NCBI GenBank assembly: GCA_020720455.1
Contig: DYOQ01000002.1
Location: 23,736 to 87,735, forward strand
Source of the DNA: Bdellovibrio sp.
Lineage (GTDB): Bacteria > Bdellovibrionota > Bacteriovoracia > Bacteriovoracales > Bacteriovoracaceae
Reading direction: 5' to 3'
Length of the DNA stretch: 64,000 bases
Shown piece after piece: positions 51,753 through 60,746 of this stretch. Under the pieces are notes generated by a model. That model did no database searches. It was given only the letters and a program-made list of their open reading frames with translations, and was not told the DNA's origin. Position numbers and translations under genes: made by a program. Within the stretch, counting starts at the first letter, position 1, and each line of letters begins with the position of its first letter.

Positions 51753-51870
51753 AGTGACTCCACTCTATGTATTCATTTAATTCTTTACTAATGATAGCTA
51801 AACAGTGCTTCAATCGCAAGATTTTTTCTCTTATACTTATAATAATCAATTAATAGTAGGAAGTATTCTC

Positions 51871-52209
51871 ATGAGTATTAAAAACAGAGGTTCAAAACTT
51901 TACAAAAATGATGGATTCTCCCTTGTAGAGATAATGATCGCAATAGCTCTTCTAGGCGGAGTAACAATCATATTTCTACACCTAACTGACAATATCAAAA
52001 AAACCGAACAGGCAATGCTTTCAACAATCGACGCTTCTGATTCTGTCATGATCCGAGTCTGTCGCTCTCTTGGGACTACCTATGATGCAAAAAATAGCAA
52101 GTGCGAGCTAAATATTAACTCTCCCGAGATGAACTCCATGAAAGATATCAAATTAGATTCTGCACAGATGGAAGAGTTAATGAAAAATATGCAAAAGATG
52201 TTTCAGTAA
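51871..52209 (+). CDS. Type IV pilin-like / pseudopilin protein with prepilin N-terminal methylation motif
   Basis: Start at ATG 51871. MSIKNRGSKLYKNDG|FSLVEIMIAIALLGGVTIIF contains the G|FxxxE cleavage/methylation motif plus a hydrophobic helix. 112 aa. Confidence 0.8.
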   Translation: MSIKNRGSKLYKNDGFSLVEIMIAIALLGGVTIIFLHLTDNIKKTEQAMLSTIDASDSVMIRVCRSLGTTYDAKNSKCELNINSPEMNSMKDIKLDSAQMEELMKNMQKMFQ

Positions 52210-54587
52210 AAGAGTATCTTATCAGTCGCCTCTGAAAGAATAAGATCCCAATCTAATAATTGATAGCGATACTCACCATCTAAATACATTCTTACCTGAT
52301 CTTGATAGTTAGGTGATAGCACATGTCCTGATTGTCCGGCCGGTAAAATACCCATACTAAGCTCTGGATAAGCAAAATCGATTAGCCGTCGAGTAGAAGG
52401 GAGCGAGGTGATTTTCAACTCATTACCACACCCAGAAGCTCTCATATTGTTTATCTGATTAAATCCACCACTAGCAGGAAGGGGCCCGATATTAAAAATC
52501 TTATTCAGAGGCGATACCGATCCCAAAGGGTGTTCATATTCAAGAGTATGCAACCGGCCCCAGTACCAAGTGTTAATATCTCCTCCAAACTTGCTCTTTA
52601 ACGTATCAATTGTCTCTTTCCAACCAGCAATAATAATATCTCCACCCCTTTCAACAACACTCGTATTAACTTGGTCCCACCACACATCACCCATATCATT
52701 AAGGACTCTTTTATAAAAAAACCAGTATGTCGTTAAGTCACAATATTTTTCCAAACTATCTGACGAGAGCTCATCCACGATAAGTCTCACATTAGTTCGA
52801 TTCCACAAGTGAAACATCGTCGCTTCTGTCGAACTCATATCCGACTGATAATTCCATCTCTTTAATCTATTATAAGCTTCAAGATATATCCCCGTTAATT
52901 CACCGGCCCTCTCGTCCATCTCTTTCGTTAAAACAGACATTATATCCATAAATGTTGCATCAACCGCTCTAGTCTGCATAATTTGAAAATCTGAAAGATC
53001 CCATTTTTCCTTAACATTTAACATCTGAGTGATTGTATCAAACCTATCATTTGGCTCCCATAAACCTTGCCACTTATTATCAAAACCAGCTGGGATATAG
53101 TTTGCTGAAACGATATAACCGATATCCGGATTGACACTATGAGGATTTTTTTCAAACGGCAGATAACCTAAATACTCCTCCTTACCAGAGCTACCATCTA
53201 AAAACCTATCCGACATTACACCTTTAGGCATTAGAGGAATTTTTCCATACACCCACCATCCAATATTTCCCTTAGCATCAGCATAACTTATATTTAGTCC
53301 TGGAGCAGATCCAAGAACTATCGCCGATTTAAACTCATCCATACTAGATGCTGTTCCTAACTTATAAAGTGCCTCAATAGAGTAATTATCATCATCAAAA
53401 TAGACCCACCTCAAAGAGAGATCATTCTTAATTTTACCTGTATCCATAATTGAGTTTATTAATGGGCCATGTGGGGTAATCAAAATCTCCAGATTATAAT
53501 CCGGCCCACCTTTCACCTTGATAACTTCACTCTCTTTTTCTAATGCGACCCACTCTCCCTTAAACTTAACTAGGCCTTTTTCCCGATCAACCTGTTCATT
53601 ATAAAGATTAATCTCGTCAATCTTTGACATCGTCATTGCCCATCCATAATGTTCATTATGGCCAAGAACAGGGAACGGAAGAATCGGAAGAAAATGGCCG
53701 TACATTCTATAGCTACCACTTTCGATATGTGCCTCATACCAAGTTCCAGGGTGAGATGTTGCGATATGAGGATCATTAGCAAGAATTGGATACCCACTTT
53801 TTGTTCTCTTTCCTGAGACAACCCACGAATTACTACCGTGCAGATTACCACCAAAACGAGAGAGCGTACTCTCTGTCGTTTTAATAATATTATTCCAAAT
53901 CTCGATCTCTTTCTTATTTAATACAACTGGAACACCAGCTCTTGAAACTTTCTCTGGGAAAATTTTCAAATCATCGAGCATCTTCTCGCTCAATTTATCT
54001 TGAAGCTCCTGAAACAAAAGATCATTTCTAAATGAGGTTGCAAAGCTATATCCCATGTAACCGATAAATGAGATTCCATCAAGCATATCAAAATGGTCAG
54101 GTCGATATCCTAGCAACTTAAATTCAATTGGAAGAGGCCTAGTATCAATGTAATGATTTACTCCTTTATAAAACGCATCTAAATACCTGAGCATATCCTT
54201 ATTTAATCTATCTCTACTTTTTCCAAGCAGCTTTTTCATCGCTGCTTTAAAACGAAAAGTCCTAAATAGCTTGTCGGCCTCAAGTGCCCGCGCTCCAAAA
54301 ATCTCACTCAAACGGCCACTCGCTACCCTTCTATGAATATCCATCTGAAAAAGACGATCACTGGCCATCACAAACCCAAGAGTATGATACATCTCTTCTT
54401 TTGAATTTGCCTTGATATGAGGAACCCCGAAAGAATCCTTAATAACCGTTGTCTCGCTTGTAACAAGTGGAAGATCCGTGCCAGTCATATTTTTAGGAAG
54501 AGAACTCTCCCACACAGATTTAACAACCACGAATGGTAAATATATTATCGTTATTAAAATAATAGGAAGAACAAAACGAATCTTCAT
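52203..54587 (-). CDS. Penicillin/AHL acylase family Ntn-hydrolase (S45)
   Basis: Start at MKIRFVLPIILITIIYLPFVVV (ATG 54587). Autoprocessing/nucleophile motif G|SNSWVVSGKRTKSGYPILANDPH. ~794 aa. Confidence 0.85.
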   Translation of the reverse strand: MKIRFVLPIILITIIYLPFVVVKSVWESSLPKNMTGTDLPLVTSETTVIKDSFGVPHIKANSKEEMYHTLGFVMASDRLFQMDIHRRVASGRLSEIFGARALEADKLFRTFRFKAAMKKLLGKSRDRLNKDMLRYLDAFYKGVNHYIDTRPLPIEFKLLGYRPDHFDMLDGISFIGYMGYSFATSFRNDLLFQELQDKLSEKMLDDLKIFPEKVSRAGVPVVLNKKEIEIWNNIIKTTESTLSRFGGNLHGSNSWVVSGKRTKSGYPILANDPHIATSHPGTWYEAHIESGSYRMYGHFLPILPFPVLGHNEHYGWAMTMSKIDEINLYNEQVDREKGLVKFKGEWVALEKESEVIKVKGGPDYNLEILITPHGPLINSIMDTGKIKNDLSLRWVYFDDDNYSIEALYKLGTASSMDEFKSAIVLGSAPGLNISYADAKGNIGWWVYGKIPLMPKGVMSDRFLDGSSGKEEYLGYLPFEKNPHSVNPDIGYIVSANYIPAGFDNKWQGLWEPNDRFDTITQMLNVKEKWDLSDFQIMQTRAVDATFMDIMSVLTKEMDERAGELTGIYLEAYNRLKRWNYQSDMSSTEATMFHLWNRTNVRLIVDELSSDSLEKYCDLTTYWFFYKRVLNDMGDVWWDQVNTSVVERGGDIIIAGWKETIDTLKSKFGGDINTWYWGRLHTLEYEHPLGSVSPLNKIFNIGPLPASGGFNQINNMRASGCGNELKITSLPSTRRLIDFAYPELSMGILPAGQSGHVLSPNYQDQVRMYLDGEYRYQLLDWDLILSEATDKILFY

Positions 54588-54646
54588 AAAAACTCCACAA
54601 GAAACAGTTTTGACATGGGCCACAGCATCTATGTTATAATAAATCC

Positions 54647-55348
54647 ATGAATAAAATTACAGCAAAGCAAACAAAACCACAAACTAGATTTTATCTCGTT
54701 GATCAGATCAGAGGTTTTGCCGTATTCCTAATGATATTCTTCCACCTATTTTACGATTTGGATATGTTCAACATCGTTAAAAATGATTTTTTTCATAACC
54801 CGTTCTGGTATGCACTACCAAGAGTGATTGTCGCTCTATTTCTGGGAACAGTCGGCGTATCTACGGTGCTGGCCCATCCAGAAAAAATTAATAAGAAAAA
54901 AATTATTAATAGATTTTTAAAAATTTCAGTCCTTGCTGCAATAATCTCTCTTGTAACCTACTACCTGTACCCAACAAAATGGATCTATTTTGGAACTCTT
55001 CACTGTATTGCTCTTTGTACACTCTGTGCGCTTCCATTTAGAAAATTTCCGAAACTTTCACTGGCTTTAGGAATTGCCCTATTCATCCCAGAAATTTTTT
55101 TTAACTATCAGTTACCGTGGTTCATCATGAAACACGCAGCAATGGATTACATCCCGTTTTTACCTTGGTTCGGTGCCACTCTTATCGGAATTTTTATTTA
55201 CTCCACCAAATTTCACAAACTTCAAACAGCAAATTACCGGTTTCTTGCACCACTTACGTTCCTAGGTTCACACGCTTTAATAATTTATTTAATACACCAA
55301 CCAATTCTCATGGCCTTAACTTGGACCATTACCTTTCTGGTAAAATAG
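54647..55348 (+). CDS. DUF1624 (heparan-alpha-glucosaminide N-acetyltransferase-like) membrane protein
   Basis: 233 aa with ~7 TM helices. The N-terminal RFYLVDQIRGFAVFLMIFFHL matches the family signature R..lD..RG......H as I recall it. Confidence 0.7.
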   Translation: MNKITAKQTKPQTRFYLVDQIRGFAVFLMIFFHLFYDLDMFNIVKNDFFHNPFWYALPRVIVALFLGTVGVSTVLAHPEKINKKKIINRFLKISVLAAIISLVTYYLYPTKWIYFGTLHCIALCTLCALPFRKFPKLSLALGIALFIPEIFFNYQLPWFIMKHAAMDYIPFLPWFGATLIGIFIYSTKFHKLQTANYRFLAPLTFLGSHALIIYLIHQPILMALTWTITFLVK

Positions 55349-55437
55349 ACAACCTTAATTTTATCTTAAGGGCCATAATTGTTGCTTGATGCCAAGAATT
55401 CTAGTATATATCTATTGATCAACAACTCGTTAAACAT

Positions 55438-55884
55438 ATGGTGAAGCCAATGAAACATTTTGCAAAATTAATTACAGTTTCAGTTATTCTTGTAATGTCT
55501 CTCTTTGCAAGATTTGCAAAGGCAAACGAGTGGGAGTGGATCATTAAGTGCCACACTAGATGTGGTGGCGCAGTTATTGATAAAAATCTATACAACGCTA
55601 GCGTTTATCAGCTAGTAGTAAAGGATGCTACTGCTATTAGACATCTGCTTGAAAGCGATGCCATCTTTGAGGATCAAATTAACGACAAAAATGAGTTTAT
55701 CACTAACCTAAATGCAGGAAGACAAGATAACTTTGATTACACCGTCGATATAAAAGGAATAAAAAGAAAATACCAAGCAGTATATTTTAATGGAGCATTA
55801 CTAGTTGAAGCTTTTGCTATAGCTGGTGATGGAAGAACCGTTCTTTACAAGATAGCAGATTATAGTTTTCACTACTGCAACTAA
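55438..55884 (+). CDS. Small secreted hypothetical protein
   Basis: 148 aa. Signal peptide MKHFAKLITVSVILVMSLFARFAKA, so the ATG at 55450 may be the true start. Confidence 0.6.
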   Translation: MVKPMKHFAKLITVSVILVMSLFARFAKANEWEWIIKCHTRCGGAVIDKNLYNASVYQLVVKDATAIRHLLESDAIFEDQINDKNEFITNLNAGRQDNFDYTVDIKGIKRKYQAVYFNGALLVEAFAIAGDGRTVLYKIADYSFHYCN

Positions 55885-55898
55885 TTGGAGCAATTATA

Positions 55899-57368
55899 AT
55901 GCAAAAAATATTAATGACACTTTTAGTGTCAATGATCTTACTACCATCTCATGCTATAACGATCTGTAGCGAAGAGCTTGAATCGCTGCCTATTCAACAA
56001 AACGGAAGGGCCAAGCCCCTACTTGTTCACGCTAGAGAAAATATCAAATACCTAACAGGCAGCTATAAGTTTAATGGCAAATCTAGCGTTACCACTTACT
56101 GCGAACTCTCAACTGGTACACTAACAGATTTAACTGCCAAAATTGAACACGTTGACTTAATGAAACTATTAAATATTGGGGAAGAACACTACGTAACCTA
56201 TAGCAAACTCCTCAGTATGCAGAATCTCCTAAGATCAAATTTTGCCTCTCTTCCAAAACATAGCTCTTTTCAAAAATCGATAGATTCATTGCTAGAAAAA
56301 ATAGAAATATACAAAAACATCACAACTGGGAACGATTGGCTTATTCCGGAAATTTCAAATGGTGCCACTAACTGGTCTACGTACTCACAACTTATCGCTA
56401 GCAAAGAACAACTAACACCAGAAAAATTTTCAACAATTAAAAATGATTACATTAAATTTTTTGGCGATAACTACTTATCAGAATTAACCTATACAAAACT
56501 TTATCTCTCTCACTGGGCCCTAATGTTTGTTATTCTAGCTCTATTTAGCTCTGTACTACTAAAGAAATTACACGTCGCTTTAAGTTTTTCTACTCTTGCA
56601 ATTGCTGCTCAAACAGCAATACTAGTATTTAGAACCATCATTTCAGAAAGAGCACCCATTACAAACATGTACGAGTCTGTCCTTTTTTCTGGGTATGGCG
56701 GCCTGATCCTAGCGATGATTCTTGGCCATCTTAAAAAAGATAAGATTCTTTTGATTGTTGGCCTTTCATACAACGTATGTACACTTTTCATGATAAATTT
56801 TGCCAATAACATGCTACCAAGCAGTATTGGACCACTTGTCCCTGTACTAAGAGATAACTTCTGGCTTAGCACCCACGTTACAACAATCATTATCTCTTAC
56901 GGCGCTTTAGCGCTGAGTTGGGTCCTTGCCAATATCGTTTTAATTAAAAAAAGATATCTAGGCCTTGGTGATAAAGATGATAGATACTACTCAGACTTAA
57001 TCTACCTTTGTCTAAAATATGGGACAGTATTTTTAGCAGCAGGAATTATTCTTGGAGGAGTCTGGGCAGATTACTCTTGGGGCAGATTCTGGGGCTGGGA
57101 CCCAAAAGAAACATGGAGTTTAATCGTACTATGTATCTATATGGCAATTATTCATGGAAAATATAGCTCTTGGATCAGACCTGACCTATTCATTCCTTTA
57201 ACTGCTGGAGCATTTATGAGTGTCATGATGGCATGGTTTGGAGTAAACTATATTTTAGCTTCAGGTCTACACTCTTACGGTTTTAGTCAAGGTGGAACGA
57301 TCTTTATTGGAGCATTCTTTATTCTTCAAATTATAACTTTAGCAATTACATTTCAGAAAAAAAATTAA
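55899..57368 (+). CDS. ccsA: System II cytochrome c biogenesis protein CcsA/ResC family (with N-terminal periplasmic extension)
   Basis: 489 aa. WWD motif WGRFWGWDPKETWSLI, flanking conserved His residues (STHVTT, IIHGKY) and multiple TM helices. Confidence 0.8.
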   Translation: MQKILMTLLVSMILLPSHAITICSEELESLPIQQNGRAKPLLVHARENIKYLTGSYKFNGKSSVTTYCELSTGTLTDLTAKIEHVDLMKLLNIGEEHYVTYSKLLSMQNLLRSNFASLPKHSSFQKSIDSLLEKIEIYKNITTGNDWLIPEISNGATNWSTYSQLIASKEQLTPEKFSTIKNDYIKFFGDNYLSELTYTKLYLSHWALMFVILALFSSVLLKKLHVALSFSTLAIAAQTAILVFRTIISERAPITNMYESVLFSGYGGLILAMILGHLKKDKILLIVGLSYNVCTLFMINFANNMLPSSIGPLVPVLRDNFWLSTHVTTIIISYGALALSWVLANIVLIKKRYLGLGDKDDRYYSDLIYLCLKYGTVFLAAGIILGGVWADYSWGRFWGWDPKETWSLIVLCIYMAIIHGKYSSWIRPDLFIPLTAGAFMSVMMAWFGVNYILASGLHSYGFSQGGTIFIGAFFILQIITLAITFQKKN

Positions 57369-58507
57369 TAATTAGATTTCAATAACTCAGTGGCCTCTGC
57401 AACTAGATGATCAACGCCAACTCTTTCCATACACTCATAATATGGACAATCACTTCCCATACAATTTTTCTGCTCACCACAGACAACGTTTGGGACAGCA
57501 ATTTTGACTCTCTCCTCTTCTCTAGGAATTGGCCCCCAGCGACTTGATGATTGGACAAGAATTGGAGAATAAATTCCTAAAATTTTCTTTCTTAAAGAAT
57601 TAGCAATATGAAGTGGCCCAGTACTTGGGCCAATAAAAAGTTTTGTCCCTGAAACAACGCCCATATAATCCCGAAGGCCTCTTAATCCGCCATCAAAATA
57701 ATAAATATCTGGGCGATATTTTGAATCAAACTCTTGATCATCATCAACGAGAAGTTGTTCAACTTCAGATTTAAAAGCATCTATCTGTTTTTTATCTGAA
57801 GATGTGTATGATATTAAAAAAAGATAACGAGACTTAAAGCTACCTGCAATTTTAAACATCACTCTAACATAATCAGAAATTGGAAGATTAAGAGTATGTC
57901 CAGTCATTCCTGGATGAATTATAATATAGTTACCATCATCAATATAGTTTGCTACCTGCGAACTATTTCTTGTAAGCATTAGATCCTTTTTTAATGCTGC
58001 TTGCGCAACACCTATCTCATAATCTGTCAGTTTTATTTCTGGATAAAATTGTGCCCTCTCTTCCAATCCTAAATCAATACCTAGAGGCTTAAGAAGTGAA
58101 AGATTATAATGAAACTCATGAGTCTCTACACTTGAACGTCTCTGTCTTACTCCGCTATTTAGAGTGAGAAATGATGGCCATCTCGATTTTAGTCCACACC
58201 GAACTCTAATTCCAGCAAAGATGGCCGCAAACGATGGAAGATGAGTACCTCCAACATAAATATAAACGTCATATTTTTTTTTCTTAAAAATTTTACGAAC
58301 GAGGAGATATTGAGAGAGCTTACTCCGTTTACGATCTAAAACAATTACCTCATTAACGCTACTCTCTTTTTCAAAAAGAGCTAACGACGGTTTAGTAATA
58401 AGAAACGCTATATACGCATCAGGATGCTGGGTCTTAATCGCTTTGGCCATCGGGATGGTAAGGATCGTATCGCCAATAGCATCGGTTCTATTAATTAATA
58501 CTCTCAT
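57365..58507 (-). CDS. Glycosyltransferase family 9 (LPS heptosyltransferase-like)
   Basis: 380 aa. The N-terminal MRVLINRTDAIGDTILTIPMAKAIK matches the GT9 signature (R.d.iGD......P). Also a C-terminal GPSTGPLHIA. Confidence 0.8.
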   Translation of the reverse strand: MRVLINRTDAIGDTILTIPMAKAIKTQHPDAYIAFLITKPSLALFEKESSVNEVIVLDRKRSKLSQYLLVRKIFKKKKYDVYIYVGGTHLPSFAAIFAGIRVRCGLKSRWPSFLTLNSGVRQRRSSVETHEFHYNLSLLKPLGIDLGLEERAQFYPEIKLTDYEIGVAQAALKKDLMLTRNSSQVANYIDDGNYIIIHPGMTGHTLNLPISDYVRVMFKIAGSFKSRYLFLISYTSSDKKQIDAFKSEVEQLLVDDDQEFDSKYRPDIYYFDGGLRGLRDYMGVVSGTKLFIGPSTGPLHIANSLRKKILGIYSPILVQSSSRWGPIPREEERVKIAVPNVVCGEQKNCMGSDCPYYECMERVGVDHLVAEATELLKSNY

Positions 58508-59211
58508 ATTTTCAATCTATTTTTACAAGAACTCTCTTTTACTAGGTCAATAATTTTTTCAACAACATCATCTTTACTCATATCAGAGCTATCGAGCAAA
58601 ATAGCATCGCTTGCCTGTTTTAATGGGGCAACAGCTCTATTCATATCTCTCTCATCGCGATCTTTCACATCTGCCAAGACTGTTTCAAACGTAACTGTAC
58701 AATCACCTTTTTCTTTCAACTGAAGCAATCTTCTGTTTGCCCGAACACTATCTTTTGCTGTCAAAAATATTTTACAAAATGAATGAGGAAAAACTACTGT
58801 TCCGATATCCCTTCCCTCCATCACACAAAGAGAGTGCTGAGCAATAGCACGTTGAAACATTAATAAAAAATCTCTAACAGTTTGTAACTTTGAAATCTTA
58901 GAAGCTAATTCAGAAACATAGTGCTCTCTTATAACATCTGTTAAATCCTCTCCCCCAATCTCAATATAAACACCACTCGAGTTATCACCTTTACGATATA
59001 CTAATTTTAAATCAGCAATACATGAACTTAAAGAGTCACCCTCACTGAATGGGATTTTGTTCTTAAAACAAAAATAACCGATGGCCCTAAACATCGCACC
59101 TGTATCAACGTACAGTGCGCCCAATCTTTCTGCTACAACCTTGGCGATTGAAGATTTCCCACTACCACAAGGCCCATCAATTGCAACACACTTTTCAATT
59201 AAAGCGGACAT
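58504..59211 (-). CDS. cmk: Cytidylate kinase
   Basis: 235 aa. VAIDGPCGSGKSSIAKVVAERLGALYVDTGAMFRA and GRDIGTVVFP. Confidence 0.92.
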   Translation of the reverse strand: MSALIEKCVAIDGPCGSGKSSIAKVVAERLGALYVDTGAMFRAIGYFCFKNKIPFSEGDSLSSCIADLKLVYRKGDNSSGVYIEIGGEDLTDVIREHYVSELASKISKLQTVRDFLLMFQRAIAQHSLCVMEGRDIGTVVFPHSFCKIFLTAKDSVRANRRLLQLKEKGDCTVTFETVLADVKDRDERDMNRAVAPLKQASDAILLDSSDMSKDDVVEKIIDLVKESSCKNRLKI

Positions 59212-59654
59212 AACTCTCCTTTAACATTTTCAATAATCTCTTTAAAGAGACGAGCAATTTTTAGTTGCCCAAGCTCTTTTGGATATAATAACGCAACAAG
59301 CATAGGATTAATCATTGAAATTTTCGCTAACGTAACATCCATAGACTCGATATGAACCATTTTACTCCATGCAGGATATTTGCCAATACCACCTCCCGCA
59401 TGCTCTTCGATTAATAAAGAAAATGCCAATAACTCTCCAAGGGAGAGTTGTTGCAAAACAATAAGTAACCGATTGTAAAGCTCCCACTCTCTTGCAGGTG
59501 CATAATTTGGGAACTGCTCCAAAAAAACTACTCCACTATCTTTTGACAACGAGATCTCTCGCACTAACTCTTTTCTCTCACTCAAAAGTTTAAAAAACTT
59601 ATCGTTAATAATTTCTAATTTATCTCGGAGTATAGACAGATTTTTTTTCATCAA
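59199..59654 (-). CDS. Chorismate mutase-like (AroQ class) protein
   Basis: 151 aa. The N-terminal LSILRDKLEIINDKFFKLLSERKELVREISLSK...PAREWELYNRLL follows the AroQ helix pattern (LR..ID.iD..ll.LL..R......K...RE). The C-terminal half is not recognisable. Confidence 0.5.
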   Translation of the reverse strand: MMKKNLSILRDKLEIINDKFFKLLSERKELVREISLSKDSGVVFLEQFPNYAPAREWELYNRLLIVLQQLSLGELLAFSLLIEEHAGGGIGKYPAWSKMVHIESMDVTLAKISMINPMLVALLYPKELGQLKIARLFKEIIENVKGELCPL

Positions 59655-59660
59655 ATAGTT

Positions 59661-60641
59661 TTACAAAGAGACCAGTCTAATTTCAACGCTAGTGTTTTTC
59701 CTGATACTAATATATTTTTCAAAAGCAAATGTGGCCAGCAAATTATATTTGTGGGCCTTGGCCCTTTTACCGTAGTAAACAAACGTATCTTTGTAGGGCC
59801 GCGTTTTTCTTCGCATCTCTCTTTGATAAATACCTGTTAACGATCGATAAGCATCCATAACCTTCCCAAGGTAATTGTGCTCGACTCCAACAGAAAACCA
59901 CTCTTCATCTCGATCATCTACCCAACGTGGGCCCATATTATAAGCAATCGTTGCTTTCGTAGCATCTCCATTATATTTATTTATCAACCAAGAAAGATAA
60001 TAAATCCCTACCTCTATATTAACAAATGGGTCGACATCAAATCTATTATAGTCACGAAAAACATCCCCATCTTTAGAAAGAAATTTTGCCAAATATTTTC
60101 CAGTATCTGGCATAATCTGCATTGGCCCAAGAGCTCCGACTCTGCTAACAGCATCGTGGCCAAAATGACTCTCAACCCACATAACTGCTATTGACCAAAA
60201 TGGATCGACACGATATTTTGCTGAATTAACAAGGGCATCTCTTAAAAACCACTTTAATTTTCCCCTCAAGTGATTCGGAGTCGACTCAAGGATCATCGCT
60301 TCAAACTCAGTAGAAGTTACTTCAGATGCTCTAAAGAGTTGAACACTCTTACTAAAACTACTGTCTATGGCATAATAATCGTAAGACTTATGATCGAGTA
60401 ACTTAAACCGGTCAACATTTAATAGTAGTTCAAAGGCAGGGAGTATGTTCGGTTCAGGTGGCCCTAAATGTTTATTCAACACACTATTTGTAATATTGAT
60501 AAAAAGCACCGGATCCAGATAAAGAGTTCCGTACAAATAAACCGATAGTATCACCGGTAAGTACTTAAAAGTGGCCGCCACAACATATTTCATAATTTGG
60601 CTTCTACCCTCATTCAGACCTAGTGTAAACAGTTGAGTCAA
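59661..60641 (-). CDS. Lytic transglycosylase (SLT domain) protein
   Basis: 326 aa. SLT catalytic region IAVMWVESHFGHDAVSRVGALGPMQIMPDTG...AYNMGP. The true start may be MKYVVAATF at 60593. Confidence 0.8.
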   Translation of the reverse strand: MTQLFTLGLNEGRSQIMKYVVAATFKYLPVILSVYLYGTLYLDPVLFINITNSVLNKHLGPPEPNILPAFELLLNVDRFKLLDHKSYDYYAIDSSFSKSVQLFRASEVTSTEFEAMILESTPNHLRGKLKWFLRDALVNSAKYRVDPFWSIAVMWVESHFGHDAVSRVGALGPMQIMPDTGKYLAKFLSKDGDVFRDYNRFDVDPFVNIEVGIYYLSWLINKYNGDATKATIAYNMGPRWVDDRDEEWFSVGVEHNYLGKVMDAYRSLTGIYQREMRRKTRPYKDTFVYYGKRAKAHKYNLLATFAFEKYISIRKNTSVEIRLVSL

Positions 60642-60746
60642 TAATTTTTATATTTTTTTAGGGAAGAGTATCGTCCAAAATTGTGGCCAAACCATTGGCA
60701 CAGAACTAAAATTAAGTTCAACTCAAAATATGAAACGAGGCATATA

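Noticed and set aside
60696-60712. Sigma-54 promoter-like TGGCAC upstream of the DUF255 gene (also a CTGGCACAGGTTTGGC at ~60826)
   Set aside because: The -12 element is absent at the correct spacing (TGGCAC-AGAAC-TAAAA instead of TTGCW). The second site lies inside coding sequence and reads TGGC rather than TTGC.
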